64,000 nucleotides of DNA from Roseovarius sp. (GTDB lineage Bacteria > Pseudomonadota > Alphaproteobacteria > Rhodobacterales > Rhodobacteraceae), in assembly GCA_040222155.1 (NCBI GenBank), contig JAVKDQ010000074.1, forward strand, positions 1,946 to 65,945, given 5' to 3'. A program made the translations under genes and the position numbers. The notes under the pieces are model-generated. The model did not search any database. It saw nothing but the letters and a program-made list of their open reading frames with translations, and was not told the DNA's origin. This document shows, one piece after another, positions 1 to 9,677 of the stretch (position 1 is the stretch's first letter; each line of letters starts with the position of its first letter).

Positions 1-549
1 CACATGCGGCGCGGTTTGCGGGCCGCAACGAATGGGGTAGCGGCTGGTGGAGTTGATATATTGCGTCGAGAGCGGCGTGGCGCCCTGACAGGGGCCCGCG
101 CTCTTCACCGGCTCCTGCACCACCTTGGGCAGGGGCGTCGGCGCGGCGGGCGCGGCCACGGGCGTGGGCGCCGAGCGGTAGCTCGCCGGCGCCATCGCGG
201 GCGGCGCGCTGCGCACCGGCTGCGGCGGCGGCGCGCTGGCCACGACACGCGGCGCCGGGGCGCTCGCGGTCACCGGGGCGGGCTCCGGCTGGCGGGCCTG
301 CGCCGAAAGCGTCGGCTGGAAGCCGCACACCTGCTGACGCCCGCGCGTCATGCGCGGTATCCATGACACCGCGCCATCCACACCGGCCCTGATGAACACG
401 CATCCCTTGCTGTCCACATATTGCCGGCCGTCGAAAGAGGCCGGCGGAAACTCCGCCGGTACGATCTTGTTGGATGTCTGGGCCATAACGGCACCAGACC
501 CGCAAGACACGGCTATGGCAGCAGCCGCGACTATACTCGCAAATCTCAT
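1..549 (-). CDS. SPOR-domain-type exported protein, N-terminal part (3' end outside window)
   Basis: Manual translation from ATG at 549: MRFASIVAAAAIAVSCGSGAVMAQTSNKIVPAEFPPASFDGRQYVDSKGCVFIRAGVDGAVSWIPRMTRGRQQVCGFQP, then a Pro/Ala-rich linker. Signal peptide present; the PAEFPP...QYVDSxGCVFIRAG motif is the one I recall from Rhodobacterales SPOR proteins next to upp. Absent from the ORF track because the stop lies outside the window. Confidence 0.7.
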   Translation of the reverse strand, partial: MRFASIVAAAAIAVSCGSGAVMAQTSNKIVPAEFPPASFDGRQYVDSKGCVFIRAGVDGAVSWIPRMTRGRQQVCGFQPTLSAQARQPEPAPVTASAPAPRVVASAPPPQPVRSAPPAMAPASYRSAPTPVAAPAAPTPLPKVVQEPVKSAGPCQGATPLSTQYINSTSRYPIRCGPQTAPHV

Positions 550-613
550 TTTATCCCCACAGGTTGGTGGGTTGAGACTGCATGATAATCCAAAACGAGT
601 AAACAGGTTTTCC

Positions 614-1246
614 TTACTGGGTGCCGAACATGCGGTCTCCCGCATCGCCGAGCCCCGGCAGGATGTAGCCCTTGTCATTGAGGCATTCGTCAACCGCCGC
701 CGTCACGATCGGCACATCCGGGTGCGCTTCCTTCATGTGCGCCACGCCCTCGGGTGCGGCCAGCAGGCAGAGAAACCGGATATCCTTCGCGCCCGCTTTC
801 TTCAGCAGGTCCACCGCCGCCGCAGAGGAATTGCCCGTGGCAAGCATCGGGTCCACCACGATGGTAAGCCGCTCGCCCAGCAACTCGGGCACCTTGAAGT
901 AATATTGCACCGGCTGCAGCGTCTTCTCGTCGCGATAAAGCCCCACGAAGCCCACCCGCGCCGAGGGGATCAGCTCGAGCATCCCGTCGAGCAGCCCGTT
1001 GCCCGCCCGCAGGATCGAGACGAGCGCCAGCTTGCGGCCATCCAGCACCGGCGCATCCATCTCCTTCAGCGGCGTCTCGATGCGCCGCGTGGTCATCGGC
1101 AATTCGTAGGTCACCTCGTAGGCCAGAAGCTGGCTGATCTCGCGCAGAAGCTGGCGGAACACCGCGGTGGAGGTGGTCTTCTCGCGCATCAGCGTCAGCT
1201 TGTGCTGCACGAGCGGATGGGTGACGATTGTGAGGTGGTCTTTCAT
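614..1246 (-). CDS. upp: uracil phosphoribosyltransferase
   Basis: [20 protein letters not shown]-binding [23 protein letters not shown] motifs. Confidence 0.97.
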   Translation of the reverse strand: MKDHLTIVTHPLVQHKLTLMREKTTSTAVFRQLLREISQLLAYEVTYELPMTTRRIETPLKEMDAPVLDGRKLALVSILRAGNGLLDGMLELIPSARVGFVGLYRDEKTLQPVQYYFKVPELLGERLTIVVDPMLATGNSSAAAVDLLKKAGAKDIRFLCLLAAPEGVAHMKEAHPDVPIVTAAVDECLNDKGYILPGLGDAGDRMFGTQ

Positions 1247-1345
1247 GCTGTCCGCTCCGGCCCGGTCTGTATTCTAGGTCTCTTAGCCAGAAACCGGGCC
1301 CGAGGGCAACGCCACAGCGCCCCACCCCGGGCGGCCGACCCGCCC

Positions 1346-2533
1346 TCAGGGCAGGAAACTGCGCCCCGGCCCGCGCCAGCCAAGCCCCAGATGCGCCGCG
1401 ACCGTGGCGGCGACATCGACGAAATCCACCAGCCCCGCGGCCACGTTGCCCACGCCCGCCCCCAGCACCGGCACCCGCTCGCGGGTGTGGTCGGTGCCCG
1501 GCCAGGTCGGGTCGTTGCCGTGATCCGCGGTTATGAGCATCAGGTCTCCCGGCCCGAGCTTGGGCAAGACCTCGCCCAACCCCGCATCGAACCGCTCCAG
1601 CGCCGCGGCATAGCCTTCCGGGTCGCGCCTGTGGCCGTAGAGCGAATCGAACTCCACGAAATTGGCGAAGGTCAGGCTCCCCGGCCCGGCCTCCTCCACC
1701 GCCCGCGCCAGATGCTCCATGAGCTGCGCATCGCTGCCCTTGCGCACATCGTCGATGCCCTGCATGGCGAAGATGTCGCCGATCTTGCCGATGCCATGCA
1801 CCGCGCGGCCCTCCGCCTGCGCGCGGTCGCACAGCGTGGGCCCGGGCGGCGGCAGCGCATAGTCGCGCCGGTTGCCGGTGCGCGCGAAGGTCTGCGGCGT
1901 CTCGCCCACGAAAGGCCGTGCGATCACCCGGCCCACGCGCATGCCATGCAGCATCGGCGCCACCGCCTCGCAAAGCGCCAAAAGCCGCTCCAGCCCGAAA
2001 TGCGCCTCATGCGCGGCAATCTGGAAGACGCTGTCGGCGGAGGTGTAGCAGATGGGCCAGCCCGTCTCGATATGCGCCTGCCCCAGCTCGGTCACAATCT
2101 CGGTGCCCGAGGCATGGCAATTGCCGAGGATGCCGCCCGTGCCCGCCGCCTCCGTCACCGCCGCCACCACCTCGTCTGGAAAGGCAGGCCGCGTGTCGGG
2201 GAAATAGTGCCACTCGAACGGCAGCTCGAGCCCCGCCAGCTCCCAATGCCCCGTTGTCGTATCCTTGCCCCGCGCCCGCGCCGTGGCCGCGCCCCAGAGC
2301 CCGCGCGGCGCGGCGCCCAGCCCCTCGGCCACCTCGCCCGAGGCCAGCCGAAGCGCGGCACCCAACCCCAGCGCATCGAGGGTCGGCACCCGCAATCCCC
2401 CGCTGCGTGCCTGCGCGACATGCGCCAGCGTGTTGGCCCCGGTATCCGGCAGATCGCCGTTGAAGAACGTGCCCGCATCCGGCGCACCGCCGATGCCCAC
2501 CGAATCCATCACCACCAGAAAGGCGCGCGCCAT
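1346..2533 (-). CDS. deoB: phosphopentomutase
   Basis: Start trimmed to MARAFLVVMDSVGIG (ATG overlaps the deoA stop); GKDTTTGHWE, DSLYGHRRD, ADHGNDPT, DHTRE motifs. Confidence 0.95.
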   Translation of the reverse strand: MARAFLVVMDSVGIGGAPDAGTFFNGDLPDTGANTLAHVAQARSGGLRVPTLDALGLGAALRLASGEVAEGLGAAPRGLWGAATARARGKDTTTGHWELAGLELPFEWHYFPDTRPAFPDEVVAAVTEAAGTGGILGNCHASGTEIVTELGQAHIETGWPICYTSADSVFQIAAHEAHFGLERLLALCEAVAPMLHGMRVGRVIARPFVGETPQTFARTGNRRDYALPPPGPTLCDRAQAEGRAVHGIGKIGDIFAMQGIDDVRKGSDAQLMEHLARAVEEAGPGSLTFANFVEFDSLYGHRRDPEGYAAALERFDAGLGEVLPKLGPGDLMLITADHGNDPTWPGTDHTRERVPVLGAGVGNVAAGLVDFVDVAATVAAHLGLGWRGPGRSFLP

Positions 2534-3837
2534 CACCCCACCCTTTCGTGAATGAGCGGCGGCAGTTCCGGCGGCTCGGCCCCTATGGTGATGGCCTCCC
2601 GCAGCATCGCCTCGGCCCGGTCGGCATGCTCGCCCCGCGCCGCGTGGATGCGCAGAAGCGGCTGGCCCGCGCTTACCTTCGCCCCGAGCGGCAGCACGTC
2701 CGAGAGCCCCACCGAGGGCTCCACCACATCCGTCTCCACCTGCCGCCCGCCGCCAAGGGCAATCACCGCGAGCCCCATCGCCTCGCCATCCATCGCCGCG
2801 ACATAGCCCGCCTCGCGCGCGCCCATCTCGCGGATCACCGTCGCCTCCGGCAGAAAGCGCGGCCACATCTCGACAAACTGCACCGGCCCGCCCATCGCCC
2901 GCACCATCCGCCCGAAATGCTCCGCCGCGCGGCCCTCGCTTATCGCCGCCACCATCGCCTCGGCCCCCGCCTCCAGCGTCTCGGCCAGCCCCGCGTTCCA
3001 GAGCGCCAGCCCGCCCAGCGCCGCGCTCAGATCATGGAGCGGGCCGGTGGCCTGCCCGGTGAGCACACGCATCGCCTCCGCCACTTCCAGCCCGTTGCCG
3101 AGCGCAGGCGCCAGCGGCTGGTTCATGTCTGAAATCACCGCCCCCGTCCGGCAGCCCGCCGCATTCGCCGTCTCCACCAGCGCCTGCGCCAGCGCCCGCG
3201 CCTCGCCCTGAGATTTCATGAAAGCGCCCGAGCCGAGCTTCACATCCAGCACCAGCCCCTCGAGCCCCGCCGCGAGCTTCTTGGAGAGAATCGAGGCGGT
3301 GATCAGGTCGAAGCTCTCCACCGTCGCCGTCACGTCGCGGATCGCATAGAGCCGCTTGTCGGCCGGCGCCACCTGCCCCGTGGCCGAGACGATGGCGCAG
3401 CCCGCCACCTCCACCACGCGGCGCATATGCGCTTCCGAAAGCTGGGTCGTAAGCCCCGGGATCGCCTCGAGCTTGTCCAGCGTGCCGCCGGTATGGCCCA
3501 GCCCCCGCCCCGAGATCATCGGCACATAGGCCCCGCAGGCCGCCAGCGCCGGCGCCAGCACGAGGCTCACGCAATCGCCCACGCCCCCGGTGGAGTGCTT
3601 GTCGATCACCGGGCCAGCAAGGCTCCACCGCAGCGTCTCGCCGCTGTCGCGCATCGCCAGCGTGAGCGCCGTGCGCGCCTCCGGCGAGAGCCCCTTGAGC
3701 AGCACCGCCATGGCGAAGGCCCCGGCCTGCGCATCGCTCACCGCGCCATCGGCCAGCCCCTTGGCGAACCATTCGAGCGCCTCCGCCGAGGCCCCCCGGC
3801 CATCCCTCAGCCCCGCGATGATCGCGCGCGCATCCAC
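2533..3837 (-). CDS. deoA: thymidine phosphorylase
   Basis: DKHSTGGVGD, SGRGLGHTGGTLDKLE, ASILSKKLAAG motifs. Confidence 0.95.
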   Translation of the reverse strand: MDARAIIAGLRDGRGASAEALEWFAKGLADGAVSDAQAGAFAMAVLLKGLSPEARTALTLAMRDSGETLRWSLAGPVIDKHSTGGVGDCVSLVLAPALAACGAYVPMISGRGLGHTGGTLDKLEAIPGLTTQLSEAHMRRVVEVAGCAIVSATGQVAPADKRLYAIRDVTATVESFDLITASILSKKLAAGLEGLVLDVKLGSGAFMKSQGEARALAQALVETANAAGCRTGAVISDMNQPLAPALGNGLEVAEAMRVLTGQATGPLHDLSAALGGLALWNAGLAETLEAGAEAMVAAISEGRAAEHFGRMVRAMGGPVQFVEMWPRFLPEATVIREMGAREAGYVAAMDGEAMGLAVIALGGGRQVETDVVEPSVGLSDVLPLGAKVSAGQPLLRIHAARGEHADRAEAMLREAITIGAEPPELPPLIHERVG

Positions 3838-3841
3838 GGGC

Positions 3842-4246
3842 TCAGCCTTTCTCCATGTGATCCACGCCGAAGGCGCCGGGCAGAAGCTCGGCGAGCGTCA
3901 TCACCAGCCTCTCGCCGCCCGTCGTGGCCATCGTCACCCGCACGTCGCCCGCGCCGAACTCGGCGAGCTTCTGGCGGCAGCCGCCGCACGGCGTCACCGG
4001 CTTGGGGCTCTCGGCGATCACCGCCACTTCGGCAATGCGCGTCTCGCCCGCCGCCACCATCGCGGCAATCGCGCCGGCTTCCGCGCAGGTGCCCTCGGGG
4101 TAGGCCACGTTCTCCACGTTGCAACCCAGGTGCACCGCGCCCGAGGCCCCCCGAATCGCCGCCCCCACCTTGAAACCCGAATAGGGCGCATAGGCCTTCT
4201 CCCGGATGTCCCGGGCGTTCCGAACAAGGCTTTCAGGGTCTGTCAT
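3842..4246 (-). CDS. cdd: cytidine deaminase
   Basis: AYAPYSGFKVGAA, GCNVEN, CAEAGAI and PCGGCRQ Zn motifs. Confidence 0.95.
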   Translation of the reverse strand: MTDPESLVRNARDIREKAYAPYSGFKVGAAIRGASGAVHLGCNVENVAYPEGTCAEAGAIAAMVAAGETRIAEVAVIAESPKPVTPCGGCRQKLAEFGAGDVRVTMATTGGERLVMTLAELLPGAFGVDHMEKG

Positions 4247-4401
4247 GGGCGTTTGGCTCCTTCCGGCATGGCGCGGCGCAGGGAGGCGCGCCGCGAGTTA
4301 GAGATTGCGCGCGCCGGGTCGCAGATGCAAGCTGCGCCCAGCGGTGCCGCGCCGGATGCCTTGCTGCGCATATCGGGGGCGGTTGCGCATCGAGTTGGAT
4401 A

Positions 4402-4415
4402 GTTTAATATTAAAC
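4402..4415. promoter_or_regulatory. perfect 14-bp AT-rich palindrome GTTTAATATTAAAC, candidate operator between divergent cdd and maeB
   Basis: Exact palindrome in a GC-rich background, 22 bp upstream of the maeB ATG. Confidence 0.4.
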
Positions 4416-4437
4416 AAAATCCGCGGGGAGGCATTCG

Positions 4438-6717
4438 ATGACCGACAGCCACAAGGAAAACCTGCGCCAGGCGGCGCTGGCCTACCACGAATATCCCAAG
4501 CCCGGAAAGCTCGAGATCCGCGCCACCAAGCCGCTCGCCAACGGCCGCGACCTCTCGCGCGCCTATTCTCCCGGCGTGGCCGAGGCCTGCCTCGAAATCA
4601 AGGAAGACGAGCGCAACGCCAGCCGCTACACCGCGCGCGGCAACCTCGTGGCGGTGGTCACGAACGGCACCGCCGTGCTGGGCCTCGGCAATATCGGCGC
4701 GCTGGCCTCCAAGCCCGTGATGGAGGGCAAGGCGGTGCTCTTCAAGAAATTCGCCAATATCGACTGTTTCGACATCGAGGTGAACGAGCCCGACCCCGAG
4801 AAACTGGCCGAGATCGTCTGCGCGCTCGAGCCCACCTTCGGCGCGATCAACCTCGAGGACATCAAGGCGCCCGACTGCTTCATCGTCGAGAAGATCTGCC
4901 GCGAACGGATGAACATCCCCGTCTTCCACGACGATCAGCACGGCACCGCCATCGTCGTGGGCGCCGCCGCCACCAACGCGCTCCATGTGGCCAAGAAGGC
5001 CTTCGGCGACATCAAGATCGTCTCCACCGGCGGGGGTGCTGCGGGCATCGCCTGCCTCAACCTCCTGCTGAAGCTCGGCGTGAAGCGCGAGAATGTCTGG
5101 CTCTGCGACATTCACGGCCTCGTCTACGAGGGCCGCGAGGAGGATATGAACCCGCAGAAAGCCGCCTTCGCGCAAAAGACCGAGAAGCGCACGCTCGACG
5201 AGGTGATCGACGGGGCCGATCTCTTCCTCGGCCTCTCCGGGCCCAATGTGCTCAAGCCCGAGCATGTGGCGAAGATGGCCGCCCGGCCCATCATCTTCGC
5301 ACTCGCCAACCCCAACCCCGAGATCATGCCCGACCTCGCCCGCGAGGTCGCGCCCAATGCCATCATCGCCACGGGGCGCAGCGATTTCCCAAATCAGGTC
5401 AATAACGTGCTCTGCTTCCCCTTCATCTTCCGGGGCGCGCTCGACGTGGGCGCGAGCGAGATCAACGACGCCATGCAGATCGCCTGCGTCGAGGGCATCG
5501 CGGCCTTGGCCCGCGCCACCACCTCCGCCGAGGCCGCCGCCGCCTACAAGGGCGAGCAGCTCACCTTCGGGGCCGATTACCTGATCCCCAAGCCCTTCGA
5601 TCCGCGCCTATCCGGCGTCGTCTCCACCGCCGTGGCCAAGGCCGCGATGGAAACCGGCGTCGCCGCCCGCCCGCTGGAAGATCTCGCCGCCTACAAACAG
5701 CGCCTCGATGCCTCGGTCTACAAATCCGCGCTGCTCATGCGCCCCGTCTTCGAGGCCGCCGCCACCGCCGCGCGCCGCATCGTCTTCGCCGAGGGAGAAG
5801 ACGAGCGCGTGCTCCGCGCCGCGCAGGCGATCCTCGAGGAGACCACCGAGCAGCCCATCCTCATCGGGCGCCCCGAAGTGATCCAGCAGCGCTGCGAGCG
5901 GCTGGGCCTCGAAATCCGCCCCGATCGCGATTTCAACATCGTGAACCCCGAGAACGACCCCCGCTACCGCGACTACTGGGGCAGCTACCACGAGCTGATG
6001 AAGCGGCGCGGCGTCACGCCTGACCTCGCCAAGGCGATCATGCGCACCAACACCACCGCCATCGGCGCGGTCATGGTCCACAGGGGCGAGGCCGACAGCC
6101 TGATCTGCGGCACCTTCGGCGAGTATCACTGGCATCTCAACTACATCAGCCAGGTGCTCGGCGACGGCAGCTACCACCCGCAGGGCGCGCTCTCGCTGAT
6201 GATCCTCGAGGATGGCCCGCTCTTCATCGCCGACACCCATGTGCATGTCTTCCCCACGCCCGAGCAGCTGGCCGAGGTCGCCATCGGCGCCGCCCGCCAT
6301 GTGCGCCGCTTCGGCGTGGAGCCCAAGATCGCCTTCTGCTCGCAATCGCAATTCGGCAACCAGGGCAGCGATTCCGGCAAGCGCCTGCGCGCCGCGCTCG
6401 AGATCCTCGACAGCAAGGAGCGCGACTTCTGCTACGAGGGCGAGATGAACGTCGATGCCGCGCTCGACGAGGACATGCGCGCGCGGCTCCTGCCCGACAA
6501 CCGGATGGAGGGCGCGGCCAACATCCTCGTCTTCTCCAACGCCGATGCCGCCTCGGGCGTGCGCAACATCCTCAAGATGAAATCGGGCGGGCTCGAGGTG
6601 GGCCCGATCCTCATGGGCATGGGCAACCGCGCCCATATCGTCACCGCCGGCGTCACCGCGCGCGGCCTGCTCAACATGGCGGCCATCGCGGGCACGCCTG
6701 TCACGCATTACGGGTGA
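4438..6717 (+). CDS. maeB: NADP-dependent malic enzyme with PTA-like C-terminal domain
   Basis: 759 aa; [45 protein letters not shown] motifs; C-terminal [12 protein letters not shown]. Confidence 0.96.
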   Translation: MTDSHKENLRQAALAYHEYPKPGKLEIRATKPLANGRDLSRAYSPGVAEACLEIKEDERNASRYTARGNLVAVVTNGTAVLGLGNIGALASKPVMEGKAVLFKKFANIDCFDIEVNEPDPEKLAEIVCALEPTFGAINLEDIKAPDCFIVEKICRERMNIPVFHDDQHGTAIVVGAAATNALHVAKKAFGDIKIVSTGGGAAGIACLNLLLKLGVKRENVWLCDIHGLVYEGREEDMNPQKAAFAQKTEKRTLDEVIDGADLFLGLSGPNVLKPEHVAKMAARPIIFALANPNPEIMPDLAREVAPNAIIATGRSDFPNQVNNVLCFPFIFRGALDVGASEINDAMQIACVEGIAALARATTSAEAAAAYKGEQLTFGADYLIPKPFDPRLSGVVSTAVAKAAMETGVAARPLEDLAAYKQRLDASVYKSALLMRPVFEAAATAARRIVFAEGEDERVLRAAQAILEETTEQPILIGRPEVIQQRCERLGLEIRPDRDFNIVNPENDPRYRDYWGSYHELMKRRGVTPDLAKAIMRTNTTAIGAVMVHRGEADSLICGTFGEYHWHLNYISQVLGDGSYHPQGALSLMILEDGPLFIADTHVHVFPTPEQLAEVAIGAARHVRRFGVEPKIAFCSQSQFGNQGSDSGKRLRAALEILDSKERDFCYEGEMNVDAALDEDMRARLLPDNRMEGAANILVFSNADAASGVRNILKMKSGGLEVGPILMGMGNRAHIVTAGVTARGLLNMAAIAGTPVTHYG

Positions 6718-6722
6718 CCCAA

Positions 6723-6766
6723 GCGCAATCCGAAAAGTGGGCACCGGTTTTCGGGTTGAATTGCGC
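6723..6766. repeat. palindromic intergenic element GCGCAAT-CCGAAAA-GTGGGCACCGG-TTTTCGG-N5-ATTGCGC
   Basis: Nested inverted repeats right after the maeB stop; resembles the CCGAAAAGTGG-N-ACCGGTTTTCGG intergenic repeats I recall from alphaproteobacteria. Confidence 0.55.
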
Positions 6767-6771
6767 GCAAA

Positions 6772-6811
6772 CGAAAATAAACGCCCCGCCGGAGGCAGGC
6801 CCCCGGCGGGG
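6772..6811 (-). terminator. intrinsic terminator for the minus-strand small ORF
   Basis: Stem CCCCGCCGG/CCGGCGGGG (6784-6792/6803-6811) followed on the minus strand by GCGTTTATTTTCG. Confidence 0.65.
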
Positions 6812-6828
6812 ACGATCCGCTTCAGAGC

Positions 6829-6885
6829 TTACTTCTTGACGGGTTTCGCGCCGGGTTTCGACGGCTTCTGTTTCTTGTCGCCCAT
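6829..6885 (-). CDS. small Lys-rich peptide MGDKKQKPSKPGAKPVKK (18 aa)
   Basis: ATG at 6885, TAA at 6829-6831; AAGGTG SD-like sequence upstream; own terminator downstream; lysines mostly encoded by AAG, as in the host genes. Confidence 0.5.
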   Translation of the reverse strand: MGDKKQKPSKPGAKPVKK

Positions 6886-7070
6886 GGCAACAGCACCTTG
6901 AATGAAGGGGCGGCACAATGCCGTCCCTCACGCACTGGATACCCCCGTCCGGCCCCGCCGTCTGGATGGATTTCGACATGCCCGATGTCGAAAATCTTCT
7001 TTCCCACGCCTTGCGCCAAATCGCGCCGGCCCGGCCCCCGCCTCCCGGCACATGATTCGCCCTCACGCAT

Positions 7071-7168
7071 TCTGCAAACTTTGCAAACCCGGCGTCTGAC
7101 TTCGTCAAAATTGGCAGCCCAGCGCGATTTGCAAAACTTTGCAATGCAATTCTTGCAGGATCTGCAAA
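7071..7168. promoter_or_regulatory. cluster of TTTGCAAA-type boxes (ScfR/PccR/RamB-family operator) upstream of prpE
   Basis: TCTGCAAACTTTGCAAA (7071-7087), TTTGCAAAACTTTGCAAT (7128-7145), TCTGCAAA (7161-7168); matches the RamB core AAACTTTGCAAA and the PccR half-site TTTGCAAA. Confidence 0.6.
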
Positions 7169-7266
7169 TCGCCTGCGGTAATCTGTCCCGCGTCTCTCCA
7201 GCGCGCTTGCCTCCTTGACATGCGCTCCCGTAACAGAATGCTCAAAGGGACGGAGGAGAGAGACAC

Positions 7267-9159
7267 ATGGCATATCAAGACGTTTACGCCGCCTGGAAGA
7301 CAGACCCCGAGGGCTACTGGATGGCGCAGGCCGAGGCGATCGACTGGGAGGAGAAGCCCAGCCGCGCGCTCTTCGATGAAAACGCCCCCATCTACGAATG
7401 GTTCAGCGATGCGAAGGTCAACACCTGCTACAACGCGGTCGACCGCCATGTGAAGGCCGGCCGCGGCGCGCAAACCGCGATCATCTACGACAGCCCGATC
7501 ACCGGCCGGAAGGAAGAGATCACCTATGCCGATCTGCAAACCCGCGTGGCGGCGCTTGCGGGCGGGCTCAAGGCCAAGGGCGTCGAGAAGGGCGACCGGG
7601 TGATCATCTACATGCCGATGGTGCCCGAGGCGCTCGAGGCGATGCTGGCCTGCGCGCGGCTGGGCGCGATCCACTCGGTGGTCTTCGGCGGGTTCGCCGC
7701 CCATGAGCTCGCCGTCCGCATCGACGATGCCACCCCCAAGGCCATCATCGCCGCCTCCTGCGGGCTCGAGCCGGGCCGCGTGGTGCAATACAAACCCCTG
7801 CTCGACGGCGCGATCTCGCAGTCGAAGCACAAGCCCGAATTCTGCGTGATCCTCCAGCGCGACGAACACGCCGTAGAGCTCGAGCCGGGCCGCGACCACG
7901 ATTGGCACATGCTCAAGGAGGGCACCGAGCCCGCCGAGTGCGTGCCCGTCGAGGGCAACCACCCCGCCTATATCCTCTACACCTCCGGCACCACCGGCGC
8001 GCCCAAGGGCGTGGTGCGGCCCACGGCGGGCCATCTCGTCGCGCTCAACTGGTCGATGAAGAACATCTACAACGTCGATCCGGGCGAGGTCTTCTGGGCC
8101 GCCTCGGATGTGGGCTGGGTCGTGGGCCACAGCTACATCTGCTACGCCCCCCTCATCCACGGCAACACCACCGTGGTCTTCGAGGGCAAGCCCGTGGGCA
8201 CCCCCGATGCAGGCACCTTCTGGCGGGTGATCTCCGAGCACAACGTGAAGAGCTTCTTCACCGCCCCCACCGCCTTCCGCGCCATCAAGCGCGAAGACCC
8301 CAAGGGCGAATACGTCAAGAAATACGATCTGAGCTGCCTCCGCGTCCTCTACCTCGCGGGCGAGCGGGCCGACCCCGATACGCTCAACTGGGCGGGCGCG
8401 CAGCTCGGCGTGCCGGTGGTCGATCACTGGTGGCAAACCGAAACCGGCTGGACAATCACCGGCATCCCCATGGGCCTCGAGAAGATGCCCATCAAGATCG
8501 GCTCCTCCGGCGTGCCCATGCCCGGCTACGAGATCCACATTCTGGATGAGGCCGGCCACCCGCAGGGCCCGCGCACGCTGGGCGCCGTGGCGGTCAAGCT
8601 GCCCCTGCCCCCCGGCACGCTGCCCACGCTCTGGAACGCCGAAGATCGCTTCCGCAAGAGCTACCTCAACCACTTCCCCGGCTACTACGAAACCGGCGAT
8701 GCCGGGATGATCGACGAGGATGGCTATCTCTACATCATGGCGCGCACCGATGACGTGATCAACGTGGCGGGTCACCGGCTCTCCACCGGCGCGATGGAAG
8801 AGGTGCTGGCCGCCCACCCGGACGTGGCCGAATGCGCCGTGATCGGCGTGGCCGACGAGCTGAAAGGCCAGCTGCCGATGGGCTTCGTCTGCCTCACCAA
8901 GGGAGTGAACCGCCCGCATGAGGAGATCACCAAGGAATGCGTGAAGCTCGTGCGCGAAGAGATCGGCCCCGTGGCCGCCTTCAAGCTCGCGCTGGTGGTC
9001 GACAGGCTTCCAAAAACGCGCTCCGGCAAGATCCTCCGCGCCACGATGGTCAAGATCGCCGATGGCGAGGAGTTCAAGATGCCCGCCACCATCGACGACC
9101 CCGCGATTCTCGACGAGATCCGCGAGGCCCTGCAAACGCTCGGTTACGCGAAGGCATGA
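7267..9159 (+). CDS. prpE: propionyl-CoA synthetase
   Basis: AMP-binding YTSGTTGAPKG, ASDVGWVVGHSY, DHWWQTETG, LPKTRSGKILR motifs. Confidence 0.9.
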   Translation: MAYQDVYAAWKTDPEGYWMAQAEAIDWEEKPSRALFDENAPIYEWFSDAKVNTCYNAVDRHVKAGRGAQTAIIYDSPITGRKEEITYADLQTRVAALAGGLKAKGVEKGDRVIIYMPMVPEALEAMLACARLGAIHSVVFGGFAAHELAVRIDDATPKAIIAASCGLEPGRVVQYKPLLDGAISQSKHKPEFCVILQRDEHAVELEPGRDHDWHMLKEGTEPAECVPVEGNHPAYILYTSGTTGAPKGVVRPTAGHLVALNWSMKNIYNVDPGEVFWAASDVGWVVGHSYICYAPLIHGNTTVVFEGKPVGTPDAGTFWRVISEHNVKSFFTAPTAFRAIKREDPKGEYVKKYDLSCLRVLYLAGERADPDTLNWAGAQLGVPVVDHWWQTETGWTITGIPMGLEKMPIKIGSSGVPMPGYEIHILDEAGHPQGPRTLGAVAVKLPLPPGTLPTLWNAEDRFRKSYLNHFPGYYETGDAGMIDEDGYLYIMARTDDVINVAGHRLSTGAMEEVLAAHPDVAECAVIGVADELKGQLPMGFVCLTKGVNRPHEEITKECVKLVREEIGPVAAFKLALVVDRLPKTRSGKILRATMVKIADGEEFKMPATIDDPAILDEIREALQTLGYAKA

Positions 9160-9165
9160 CAGGTC

Positions 9166-9195
9166 GGGCGCCCGCCGGTTCCGGCACGGGCGCCC
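9166..9195. terminator. GC hairpin between convergent prpE and the curli-like cassette
   Basis: GGGCGCCCG/CGGGCGCCC stem, with no long U-tract. Confidence 0.4.
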
Positions 9196-9202
9196 TTCCC
9201 GC

Positions 9203-9646
9203 TCACCACGCCCAGACGATTACGCCGCCCGGCTTCTTGCCGCGCTGCTTGATGCGCACCACCGTGCCGTCGCCCGCCTGCACGATCACCGCGTTCTTGT
9301 TGCCGCCGCGCTGGCGCAAATAGGCCTGGTTGTTGTTGCCCGGCTGCAGGATCACGGCGTTGTTACCCCGGCCCGACTGGTGCAGCGCGGCCGTGTTGCG
9401 CTGCCCCGACTGGCCCACATAGGCGCTGTTCTCGGCCGAATAGGGCTGCGCCAGGTTGGCGCCGGTTCCCTGCCGGGTGATGCCATAGGTGGCGTTCTCG
9501 CCCCCCGCGTAGGTCTGAACACCTTGCCCGATATAGGCGCGGTTCTCCCCGCCGCCCGACCATCCGGCGTTTTCGGCAGTGGCGAGGTTGGCGGCCATGC
9601 AGAGGCCGGCGGCAAGGGCAATGGGGCGGAAGGCGAAACGGGTCAT
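9203..9646 (-). CDS. curlin-repeat protein, CsgB-like (putative nucleator/minor subunit)
   Basis: AAGGA SD; signal peptide MTRFAFRPIALAAGLCMAANLATA; N-x5-Q-x-G repeats (NSAYVGQSG, NTAALHQSG, NNAVILQPG, NQAYLRQRG); basic C-terminus RIKQRGKKPGGVIVWAW. Confidence 0.75.
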   Translation of the reverse strand: MTRFAFRPIALAAGLCMAANLATAENAGWSGGGENRAYIGQGVQTYAGGENATYGITRQGTGANLAQPYSAENSAYVGQSGQRNTAALHQSGRGNNAVILQPGNNNQAYLRQRGGNKNAVIVQAGDGTVVRIKQRGKKPGGVIVWAW

Positions 9647-9677
9647 GGGCTTGGTCCTTTCAGGTATCACTTGAGGG

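Noticed and set aside
350-2551. 733-aa plus-strand ORF, and similar long ORFs at 7105-9135, 23040-25133, 42231-45377, 50821-52620 and 59434-61110
   Set aside because: Antisense shadows of well-supported genes in GC-rich DNA; low-complexity Arg/Ala/Gly translations with no family motifs
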